64,000 nucleotides of DNA from Pristiophorus japonicus (lineage: Eukaryota). The position numbers and the translations under genes were made by a program. The notes below the pieces were generated by a model. That model searched no databases. It worked only from the letters and a program-made list of their open reading frames with translations, and was not told where the DNA came from. The stretch is from NCBI RefSeq assembly GCF_044704955.1, contig NC_091993.1:117490001-117554000 (forward strand). Reading direction: 5' to 3'. Below are positions 37,010 through 47,979 of this stretch, one piece after another (positions within the stretch are counted from its first letter, which is position 1; each line of letters begins with the position of its first letter).

Positions 37010-39695
37010 CTCCCCCCCCCCCCCCCCACCCCCATCTCACTCTCTCTCCTCTTCCCCATCTCGCTCTCTCTCCTCCATTGCTCTCTCCCTCACACACTCA
37101 TCTCTCTCTCGCCCTCCCGCTCTCTCTTCCCCACCCCACATCTCTTTGTCTCTGGCCCCCGTGTCTCTCTCTCTCACCCCTTCTCCTCTCTCTTTCCCCC
37201 CCCCCCTCGCCCCGTGTCTCTCTCTCTCTCCTCCCCACATCTCGCTCTCTGTCCTCCATCTCTCTCTCTCCCTCCCATCCTGATCTCTCTCTCGCCCCTC
37301 TCTCTCTCCCTACCTCTCTCTCTCCAACCCCGCCCCCCATCTCTCTGTCTCTGGCCCCCATATCTTTCTTTTGCCTCTTCTCCTCTCTCCCTCTCCCCCC
37401 CCCCAGCCCCCGTCTCTCTCTCACCCCGGCTCTCCCTTCCCCCCCCCCCATCCCCGTCTCCCCCCCCCTAGCGTCTCTCTCTCTCTCTCTTCCCCCTCCC
37501 CATCTCTCTTTTCCCCCCTCCCGTCTCCATCTCCTTCCCACCCCCATCCCGCTCTCTCTCCTCAGTCTCTCCCTCACTCTCCCCCCCTCATCTCTCTCTC
37601 TCCCAACTGTCTCTGCCTCCCATCTCTCTCTCACCCTTCTCCTCTCACTTTCCCCCCCCCCCACCCCCGTGTCTCTCTCTCTCTCTCTCTGTCCCTAGTC
37701 TCTCTCTTCCATCCACTCATATCTTTCTCGCTGCCCCGCAACCTCTCTCCCCTCCACTCATTTCTCTCTCCGCCCCCTCTCCTTTCTCTCTTCCCCCACC
37801 TGCCCCCGTCTCTCTCTCTCTCTCTCTTCCCCCTCTCATCTCCCTCTCTATTCCCTCCCTTGCTCTCCCCCCTCTACTCTCTCTCTCCCACCTTCTCCCA
37901 TCTGTCTCTCTCTCTCCCCGCCAGTCTCCACCACCGCCCCCCCCGTCTCTCTCTCTCCCCAATGTCTCTCTCTCTCTCTCTCCCCTCCCGTCTCTCACTC
38001 TCTCCCACCCTCCCATCTCTCTCTCCACACCTCTCTCTCTTCCCCCTCCTCTAACATTGTCCCCTGTCTCTCCCTCTTCTCCTCTCTTTCAGTCCCCCTC
38101 TCCCTCCGTCTCTCTCTCTCTCTTCCCCCCCAGTCTCTCTCTTCCCCCCATCTCTCTCTCTTCCCCCATCTCTCCCCCCTCCGTCTCTCTTAGTTCCACC
38201 CATTCCCGCACCAAACCCCCCCCCCCCACCGGCTCTCTCTCCCTCCCTCTTCCCCCAGTATCTCTCTTTCCCCTGCCTCCCTCTATCCCCTGCCCCTCTC
38301 CCTCATCCCTCTCTCACCCCATCTCATCTCTCTCTCCCCTCCTCCACCCCCCATCTCTCTCCCCCTCTACCCCCATCTTCCCCCCACCACCCCCGTATCG
38401 CTCTCCCACCCCCATCTTTCTTTCCCTGCTCCTCCTGTCTCTCCCTCTCTGCTCCATCCTGTCTCTCTCTCTCTCTCCCCCTTCCACCCCGCCCAATCCT
38501 CTTCCTCCCCCCCGACTCTCTCTCTCTCTCTCTCTCCACCCGCCATGCCCCACGCTCCCCGCCCCGGTCTCGCTCTCTCTCCCCCTTGTCTCTCTCTCTC
38601 CCTCTTTCCCCCGTGTCTCTCTCTCTCTCTCTCCCCCCACGTCCCTGTCTCCCTACTCCCCGACCCCGGTGTTTCTCTCTTCCTCCCCCATGTCTCTCTC
38701 ACTCTCCCCCCATGTCACTCTCTCTGCCCCTCATCTCTCTCTCTTTCTCTCTCCACCAGTCTCTCTCCTTCTCTCTCCCCCAGTATCCCTCTCTCCCCCC
38801 GCCCCTCTGCCTCACTCTCCCTCCCACCTCTGTCTCTCTCTCTCGCTCCGACCCCTGTCTCATTCTCTCCCTCCCCTCCCGTCACTCTCTCCCTCCCCTC
38901 CCCTCCTGTTATTCTCTCCCTCCACCCCCACCACCGTTCTTTCTGTTCCTCCCCCACATTTCTCACTCCCCCATGTCGCTCTCTCTTTCCCCCCCCAGTC
39001 TCTCTCTCCCCCAGTCTGTCTCTCCTCCACCCTCCGTCTCACTCTCCCTCCCACCCGTCTCTCTCTCCCCCCCCCGCCCCCGTCTCTCATTCTCCCCCCC
39101 CACCATCTCTCTCCCCCCCCTTTCATCTCTCTCTCCCCACCTCGCAACTCTCGCTCCCTTCTCCTCTCTCTCCTCCCTTCTCCTCTCTTTCCCCCAAGTC
39201 TCTCTCTCTCTCTCTCCCCCAGTCTCTCTCTCTCTCCCCAGTCTCTCTCTCTCTCTCTCCCTCTCTACCCCAGTCTCTCTCTCTCTCTCCTCCCAGTCTC
39301 TCCCTCTCTCCCCCCGTCTCTCTCTCTCTCCCCCGTCTCTCTCTCTCTCCCCCCAGTCGCTCTCTCTCTCTCCCCTCAATCTCTCGATCTCTCCCCTCAG
39401 TCTCTCGATCTCTCCCCCCAGTCTCTCTCTCTCTCCCCCAGTCTCTCTCTCTCTCTCCCTCCCCCCTAGTTTATTTCGCCCCCCTCCCCAGCTACCCCCC
39501 CCCACCAATCCTGTCTGTCTCTCTCTCTCTCTCCCCGTCTCACTCTCTTCCCTCCGCCGCCCCCACCCGCCACTGTCTCTCTCTCTCTCTCATTGTCTTT
39601 CTCCCCCTCCTCTGTCTCCCCGTCTCTCTCTCTTACCACCCCAGTCTCTCTCTCTCTTGCTCGCCCCCCAGTATCCCTCTCTCTCTCTCCCACTC
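37010..39695. repeat. C/T-rich low-complexity tract, right part
   Basis: Same composition, resumes after the Gypsy element. Confidence 0.95.
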
Positions 39696-40051
39696 CGACA
39701 ATGTTTTCTCTCACACCGAAGGCCGCAAAAATATTCCAAATAATGCAAAAGCGGGAAGCAAATCCAGCTCCAGGCTCCAGCGGCAGAAAATGTTTCAGCA
39801 GTGATGAGCTCCACCGGGCTCATGGTTTGGCTCCCAGTGACTGTATTCAAAAATAAATCATTGGCTGTGAAGCGCTTTGGCACATCCTGAGCATGTGATC
39901 AGACACTATATTAACGTTTTCTTCCATCACAAACTAGAAGGAATTCACCTGTATCAATAGATGTAGTACAGAGTGGTAACTCTTATTCAATCGTAACTGT
40001 TTGTATTAAGCAGTTATTTCCTGTTCAATTTATGAAATATTGTCTCCTCAG

Positions 40052-40375
40052 TTTCAGGTGCATTGTGGGCAAATAAACGAGTAAGAGGAATTGTGGGAAG
40101 AGCGATCACCATAGAATGTCACTATGACCAAAGGTACCGGTCACATGTGAAATATTGGTGTCAGGGCTGGACTCACCAATGCTCAGTTGTAGTAACAACA
40201 AATGATCAACATGGATGGGGAAGAAGAGTGTCAATCACAGATAACCAGACAGCAGGAATATTTGTTGTTACGATGAAGGACCTTCGCTCAGCAGATGCAG
40301 GATGGTACAGTTGTGGTATTACAGAATCAGGCAGCTTCGATAAACGTTTCAATATAGAGCTACAAATATCTCACG
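40052..40375 (+). CDS. Exon 2: V-type Ig domain of the CD300/pIgR/TREM class
   Basis: Acceptor tctcctcag, donor G|GTACGT, phase 1-1, 324 nt. Motifs: ITIECHY, KYWCQGWTHQC (extra Cx6C), RVSITDN..GIFVVTM.DL...DAGWYSCG. Confidence 0.93.
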
Positions 40376-40989
40376 GTACGTTTCTCAGAGATGTGCTTTG
40401 TTACTCTCTACTGAACTGTCTGATCAATGTTGTATCTGGGAGGAAACACGAGAGCTCCGATATCCCGAGGCTCCGCAGCAGTGCAGAGTCTCACAGGTAG
40501 TGGGCAGAGGTGGGGAAATCCGACTCACGGTGCACACTCCCAATCCGTGGCCTGCCCAACTTCCCGACCAGGAATTTCAAGTATTATGGGACTAACAATT
40601 CCTTTAACTACAGAGTGTTGTGCCAGACATCACATGGGAGGCTCACCACATGTCCCTGTTTCTGAGCTGTTTTAAATGTCCCACTATCAGAGGTTTGCCT
40701 TCAGACTGAAACTAATAGTCAGACAATAACAAAAGCAGTGAGCAGCAAGTCGTTACTAATGGTATCAATTCCTTGAAATTAATAAAAATACCTGTAATCC
40801 ACAGAGTTTAACAGGTTTCCTGTTTTCTTGATATGATGGGTGGCTCACATCATCAATGAGATATTTGGTCAACTTTACAAACAATATAAAATAAAATTGA
40901 AAAGCTGGTCACTGTTTTGATTGTAAAAGAAGCCTCTTTATTAAATGTTGAGACATTATCTTCCTCCCCAGCATAACCTCCTGATGGAT

Positions 40990-43235
40990 CAACTATTAGA
41001 TGCAATGGTCCGGATATTAACTTCGAGACATGTTCGGTGCAGGGGATCCAATATCGCGTGGGAAACCCGGAAGTAATTTCAGTCTGTCTGTGGCATTTTA
41101 ACGCAGCCGGCTCATTATAATTTACTCCCGGGTTTGGCGTTGCATGCGTGGTAACGGGAGTGCTGCGGGCACGCATGATGCGATCTTAACTGAAGTATTT
41201 AAAGGACCAATCCAAAGATGGAATTCTAGGAGTTGGGCGGTTGGGAACAGAGACGGCAATTGTAGAAGATAGACTCAGGACGCTCAAAGCCCGCGCCCCA
41301 CTTTAACAACGACTCCCTTGACGTACTAAAGGGGGCAGTGAGGAGTCGGGGAGAGATACCCTTCCCCAGAACCGAGAGGAAGAAACCTACAAAGGAGCCA
41401 TGCCTGGATGTGACTGAAGATGTCAGCAGCAGGAGCATTATACCACTCTCCTGGAGTCAGCACAGGTAGCTCTTTAATCACCTAACCCGGTTAGGAAAGG
41501 TGAGTATAGCTGCTCCTTCTACCCGTTGTGCATATCACCCATCCCCTCAGCCTGTCTTTTCAAGTCTACTCCATCATATCACTCCCCACACCCACTTACC
41601 TTGCGTGCACACCCATCCTTCTCTTTCTAAGCACTTCCTCACATCCCCGTCTCTCCATCACCACTGCCACTCGCCCGAATCCTTATACAATTTCATACCT
41701 CTCACTGATCATCACCCTCATCACATGCACTGCATCCATCAGGTGAACACATGCCAATACCGTCACTCAAAGGTCTGTTATTCCTTCCCAGGGTGCACCA
41801 TCACAGGACTCATGCTTACCATGCACCAATGCAGATACTCACACTTCGGTGGGTCCAGTTAGACAGATAGTTGTGTTTTTACCTGGAGACTCACACTTCA
41901 CAAGTGAGCAAGAACAGAGAGTGGTGGCAGGGACTGCATCGGAGGGTACAGCACTCTCCAAACCATGTTCAGCTGGACACAGGTTCTGTACCCCGGGGGC
42001 TGTTGATGAAAAGGATAATCATTGAGGGGCAGCAGATAAGGCCTCCCACGCACACTGTCTACAATTGCAGAGGAGTCTACCTCAAGCATGAGTGGGTTGA
42101 TGTCACAGGACATTGCGAGGATGTCTTCTTCCATGGATAGAATGGCCAACTCTGGAACATCAGTCGTGACAATCAAATGAGTCCATGCAAGCCTTGACCA
42201 CAGCCATAGATATCTGGTGTCTTAAATAGGATGGCAGACACCTTAGCCTTGTCCTTACAGCACATCACTGATCTGCTCAACAGCAGAGAGGTAGGAGTGA
42301 AGTGCGATTGGGCCTTCAGAGGGATGATGGTGAAAGGCGATATGGAAGTGGGGACTCCAATCAAAGTGCTATCACTTCTCCACCACTGTCCCACCCCACC
42401 CCTCAGTCGGTACCCGACATGCTGCCTCCTCTCCCGATGGCTGAGTCTGCCACTGCACAGGTGCAGGTGAAGCAGTCTTTGGCAGGGCCCTCGTGGGCTC
42501 CAAACAGAGGACGGCGACCACTCAGCAGTCAGAGCAGGGAGCTGAGCAGCCTATCTTTACCTCTGCGTAAGTCATAAATGTTGCACCACATAGGAGCGTT
42601 AAGAAAAGTGTAAAGTTTTGTAGTTGCACAAGCCTATGCACATGTGTGTTTGAGAAATTGCTATGCTGTTAAGTAATGGTCCTTGAGCAGAACCACATAA
42701 AATATTTAACTTTGCACCACTTTAACTTGTTGCCCCTTATTGGCTGCTGGATTGCAACTGGTCTTTTCAGTTGCTCGTTAATGAATGGGAAGACGTGAAT
42801 TGATGGGGAGATGAGCAATGGTGGTTGGTGGGTAGCAGGTCTGCTTTGTGTCAGTGGGATTGGTGCAGGGGTGGGGGCGTTGGGTGGGGTGGAGGTGGGG
42901 GTGGGGAGTTGGGAACAGCCATTGGATGTGGTTGTTACATCAGCCCAGTGGTGGTAACTGACTGAACCTTACAGCTATAAAGGAAACACTGGCATCGCGG
43001 GCAGCAATTTGAGTGACTGGTGCTGCGTTAGGGTCGCAATCTCTTCCTCCTCTTCCTGCTCCTTTTCCTCTTATCTTCCTCCTCCTTTTCCTCTTATCTT
43101 CCTCCTCTGTCTCGGAATGGTCCGCAGACAACGTGTGCTCAGCTCCTTGTTCCTCCTGCAGCTCCAATCTCGCTGCTGCGCAGTGTTGTGCAGAGCGCAG
43201 TAAACCACCATCATTCTGTAGGCCCAGGCTGGTGA
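40990..43235. mobile_element. Harbinger remnant in intron 2: Myb/SANT gene (+) converging on a transposase C-terminus (-)
   Basis: + strand NNDSLDVLKGAVRSRGEIPFP...FNHLTRLGK|gtgagt at about 41300-41500. The - strand has an acidic tail ending ..AARDASVSFIAVRFS at 42940-43200. Confidence 0.55.
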
Positions 43236-43981
43236 GCACTGAAGGGCGCCTCCAGATCTGTCCAGGCAACTTGAGGGTGATGTCAGGAAACACTTCTTCC
43301 CACAAAGGGTAGTGGAACTATCGAAATCTCTACCCCAGAAATCTGTTGATGCTGGGGGTCAATTGAAAATTGCAAAACTGTCATTGGCCAATTTGCTTAG
43401 GCAAAGGTACTCAGGGTTATGGAACCAAGGCCGGTAGATGGAGATAAGATATAGATCAGCCAAGATTTAATTGAATGGCGGAACAGGCCCAAGGGGCTGA
43501 AACGCTTACGCCTTTTTCTATGTTCAGGACCTCCTGTTTATTTTTCAATGAATCTGAGTGTGCGAATAGAAAAGTAATTAAACCCACAAAACATGTAACA
43601 GATATCTGCCAGTTTTTTGCCGTTGTATTCTGCTGTAGTTTTCAATCTCTCTATAACTAGTCCACATTCAAGAGTTAAACAATGAAATAACATTGGAGGC
43701 TGGCTAACTGCTACTGAGAGAAATTGTTAGCCCTGATTTTCACATTGACACATCCTCAGTATCATTGCTGCTGTCCCGATCTGGAGCCCTGCTATGTTCT
43801 GATATAATGGCAGACACGGTAGTTCAGTCTGCTGGGAGAATGGAGAGACATGGAGAGGGAGATGTGCTGGTGAGATTCCAACATGGCAGGCCCTGGCTGA
43901 GATGCAGAAGTGCTGAAAATTGGAGAGTGTTTGATTTTTAAATGTTTAGTCAGTATCTGAATGTTTGTTTCTTTCCCACAG

Positions 43982-44305
43982 AATCCGTGTCAGTTCCTGT
44001 ACTTAGATATTTATCGCCACCAAATGTCTCATGTTCTGGGGGCTTGGTGTCAGCCTCCTGTGAGTCTGTCCAGGGATCCCTTCCCATTCAGTACACATGG
44101 TATGAACAGACCCCGATTAAAGTTTCAAAGATCTCCGACACCAATAAACTGGATCTACATTGTCAATCCTTCAAACAGCAACATCATCAATATTACTGCA
44201 CAGCCTCAAATAATCAGGGAGAGAAATCCAGTGAAATGGTCGATGTGACAGTCTTCAACAGAGCAGGGAAGCACTGCAGTTATGTGACACAAATCAGTGG
44301 CATTG
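43982..44305 (+). CDS. Exon 3: C2-type Ig domain (FCRL/PECAM-like)
   Basis: Acceptor tttctttcccacag, donor G|GTAAGT, phase 1-1, 324 nt. Motifs: VSVPVL, CESVQGSLPIQYTWY, QYYCTASN..GEKSSEMV.VTV. Confidence 0.92.
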
Positions 44306-44325
44306 GTAAGTGTTACTTTAAACAA

Positions 44326-46665
44326 ACATAGAAACATAGAAAATAGGTGCAGGAGTAGGCCATTCGGCCTTTCGAGCCTGCACCGCCATTCAATGAGTTC
44401 ATGGCTGAACATGCAACTTCAGTACCCCATTCCTGCTTTCTCGCCATACCCCTTGATCCCCCTAGTAGTAAGGACCACATCTAACTCCTTTTTGAATATA
44501 TTTGGTGAATTGGCCTCAACAACTTTCTGTGATAGAGAATTCCACAGGTTCAACACTCTCTGGAGGAAGAAGTTTCTCCTCATCTCGGTCCTAAATGACT
44601 TACCCCTTATCCTTAGACTGTGACCCCTGGTTCAGGACTTCCCCAACATTGGGAACATTCTTCCTTCATCTAACCTGCCTAAATCCGTCAGAATTTTAAA
44701 CGTTTCTATGAAATCCCCTCTCATTCTTCTGAACGTCAGTGAATACAAGCCCAGTTGATCCAGTCTTTCTTGATATGTCAGTCCCGCCATCCCGGGAATC
44801 AGTTTGGTGAACCTTTGCTGCACTCCCTCAATAGCAAGAATGTCCTTCCTCAAGTTAGGAGACCAAAACTGTACACACTACTCCAGGTGTGGCCTCACCA
44901 AGGCCCTGTACAACTGTAGTAACACCTCCCTGCCCCTGTACTCAAATCCCCTCGCTATGAAGGCCAACATGCCATTTGCTTTCTTAACCGCATGCTGCAA
45001 CTGCATGCCAACCTTCAATGACTGATGTACCATGACACCCAGGTCTCGTTGCACCTCCCGTTTTCCTAATCTGTCACCATTCAGATAATAGTCTGTCTCT
45101 CTGTTTTTACCACCAAAGTAGATAACCTCACATTTATCCACATTATACTTCATCTGCCATGCATTTGCCCACTCACCTAACCCATCCAAATCACTCTGCA
45201 GCCTCATAGCATCCTCCTCGCAGCTCACACTGCCACCCAACTTAGTGTCATCTGCAAATTTGGAGATACTACATTTAATCCCCTCGTCTAAATCATTAAT
45301 GTACAATGTACACAGCTGGGGCCCCAGCACAGAACCTTGCGGTACCCCACTAGTCACTGCCTGCCATTCTGAAAAGTAACCATTTACTCCTACTCTTTGC
45401 TTTCTGTCTGCCACCAGTTCTCAATTCACATCAGCACACTACCCCCAATCCCATGTGCTTTAACTTTGCACATTAATCTCTTGTGTGGGACCTGGTCGAA
45501 AGCCTTCTGAAAGTCCAAATACATCACATCAACTGGTTCTTCCTTGTCCACTCTACTGGAAACATCCTCAAAAAATTCCAGAAGATTTATCAAGCATGAT
45601 TTCCCTTTCACAAATCCATGCTGACTTGGACCTATCATGTCACCTCTTTCCAAATGCGCAGCTATGACATCCTTAATAATTGATTCCATCATTTTACCCA
45701 CTACTGATGTCAGGCTGACCGGTCTATAATTCCCTGCTTTCTCTCTCCCTCCTTTTTTAAAAAGTGGGGTTACATTGGCTACCCTCCACACCATAGGAAC
45801 TGATCCAGAGTCAATGGAATGTTGGAAAATGACTGTCAATACATCGGCTATTTCCAAGGCCACCTCCTTAAGTACTCTGGGATGCAGTCCATCAGGCCCT
45901 GGGGATTTATCGGCCTTCAATCCCATCAATTTCCCCAACACAATTTCCCGACTAATAAGGATTTCCCTCAGTTCCTCCTTCTTACTAGACCCTCTGACCC
46001 CTTTTATATCCGGAAGATTGTTTGTGCCCTCCTTAGTGAATACCGAACCAAAGTACTTGTTCAATTGGTCTGCCATTTCTTTGTTCCCCGTTATGACTTC
46101 CCCTGATTCTGACTGCAGGGGACCTATGTTTGTCTTTGCTAACCTTTTTCTCTTTACATACCTATAGAAGCTTTTGCAGTACGTTTTAATGTTCCCTGCA
46201 CGCTTCCTCTCGTACTCTATTTTCCCTGCCCTAATCAAACCCTTTGTCCTCCTCTGCTGAGTTCTAAATTTCTCCCAGTCCCTGGGTTCGTTGCTATTTC
46301 TGGCCAATTTGTATGCCACTTCCTTGGCTTTAATACTATCCCTGATTTCCCTTAATAGCCACGGTTGAGCCACCTTCCCTTTTTTATTTTTACGCCAGAC
46401 AGGGATGTACAATTGTTGTAGTTCATCCATGCGATCTCTAAATGTCTGCCATTGCCCATCCACTGTCAACCCCTTAAGTATCATTCGCCAATCTATCCTA
46501 GCCAATTCACGCCTCATACCTTCAAAGTTACCCTTCTTTAAGTTCTGGATCATGGTCTCTGAATTAACTGTTTCATTCTCCATCCTAATGCAGAATTCCA
46601 CCATATTATGGTCACTCTTCCCCAAGGGGAACGAGATTGCTAATTAATCCTCTCTCATTACACAA
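44326..46665 (-). mobile_element. Young 5'-truncated CR1 LINE, same subfamily as 23029-25970
   Basis: ORFs 45426-46625 and 44878-45414 are nearly identical to those of the 23-26 kb copy. Confidence 0.95.
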
Positions 46666-46891
46666 TATGGTTAATGAATTTTTTAAATGAGTATCGATCC
46701 AAACTGGTCGCTGGTTAAATGCCTTCAGTCACTGAGCGACTTCAAGTGGCCAAATTCAATCCATTTGGATCGCTCAATAGTTAAAAACAGAATTATTCAG
46801 TCACCATAACACCATGTCCCTGGTTCTGAATTAAGGAGGACTTAAGTTAATTTAAATGTATTGGTTTAATTTTTCGCAGAGTGGGCACATG

Positions 46892-47630
46892 AAAACTTAA
46901 GAAATAGGAGTAGGAGTAGGCCATATGGCCCCTCGAGCCTGCTCCGCCATTCAATAAGATCATGGACTCAGGTCCACTTCCCTGCCCTCTCCCCATGACC
47001 CCTTATCCCCTTATCATTAAAGAAACTGTCTATTTCTGTCTTAAATTTATTCAATTTCCCAGCTTCCACAGCTATCTGAGGCAGCGAATTCCACAGATTT
47101 ACAACCCTCAAAGAAGAAATTTCTCCTCATCTCTGTTTTAAATGGGCGGCCTCTTATTCTAAGATCATGCCCTCTAGTTCTAGTCTCCCCCATCAGTGGA
47201 AACATCCTCTCTGCATCCACCTTGTCAAGCCCCCTCATAATCTTATATGTTTCGATAAGATCACCTCTCTTTCTTTTGAATTCCAGTGAGTAGAGGCCCA
47301 ACCTACTCAACCTTTCCTCATAAGTCAACCCCCTCATCCCCGAAATCAACCTCGTGAATCTTCTCTGAACTGCATCCAAAATAAGTATATCCTTTTCGTA
47401 AATATGGAAACCAAAACTGCACGCAGTATTCCAGGTGTGGCCTTACCAATACCTTGTATAGCTGTAACAAGACATCCCTACTTTTATACACCATCCCCTT
47501 TGCAATAAAGGCCAAGATACCATTGGCTTTCCTGATCACTTGCTGTACCTGCATACTAACCGTTTGTGTTTCATGCACAAGTACCCCCAGGTCCCGCTGT
47601 ACTGCTGCACTTTGCAATCTTTCTCCATTT
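46892..47630 (-). mobile_element. CR1 LINE 3' fragment
   Basis: [12 protein letters not shown] and RGHDLRIRG motifs with a 3' tail. Confidence 0.9.
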
Positions 47631-47979
47631 CGGAGGATAGAAGCAATATGTTCACCAGTGGCTGCGCTGAGAAACATCAAAATGGTCAGAAAACAAAGAG
47701 AAATGCATTTCCTCCTAAGCAGCAATAAATATAAATGAACATATGCAAATATTGTCTCTGGCCATATGCTCGTGGATTCACTTGCAGAGATAATGTTTCA
47801 GGTCGATGACCCTTTGTCAGAACTGGAAAAGATTAAAGATCTAACAGGTATTTGAGCAAGTATAGGGGCAGTGAAAGGGGGAGGGGAGGAAAGAACAAAA
47901 GGTAAGGTCTGTGATAGGGTGGAAGGCAGGAGAGATTAAGAAAGAAAAGGGATGATGGTGCAATGCAAAAGGAGTTGGC

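Noticed and set aside
29308-39804. Long Ser/Leu/Pro-rich and Arg/Glu/Gly-rich ORFs (up to 616 aa)
   Set aside because: Artefacts of the C/T tract, which lacks stop codons. They are open in several frames and show no domain signal.
40021-40420. Rearranging Ig/TCR V segment
   Set aside because: No heptamer-nonamer RSS after the exon. The domain includes its own G strand and splices directly to the next exon.
40376-40500. ORF extension beyond the V exon (and 44306-44331 beyond the C2 exon)
   Set aside because: Read-through past good splice donors into intron sequence.
46880-46998. Cryptic acceptor ttttcgcag giving EWAHENLRNR...* in frame with exon 3 (possible secreted isoform)
   Set aside because: After 12 nt it runs into an antisense CR1 tail. 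No support without RNA data.
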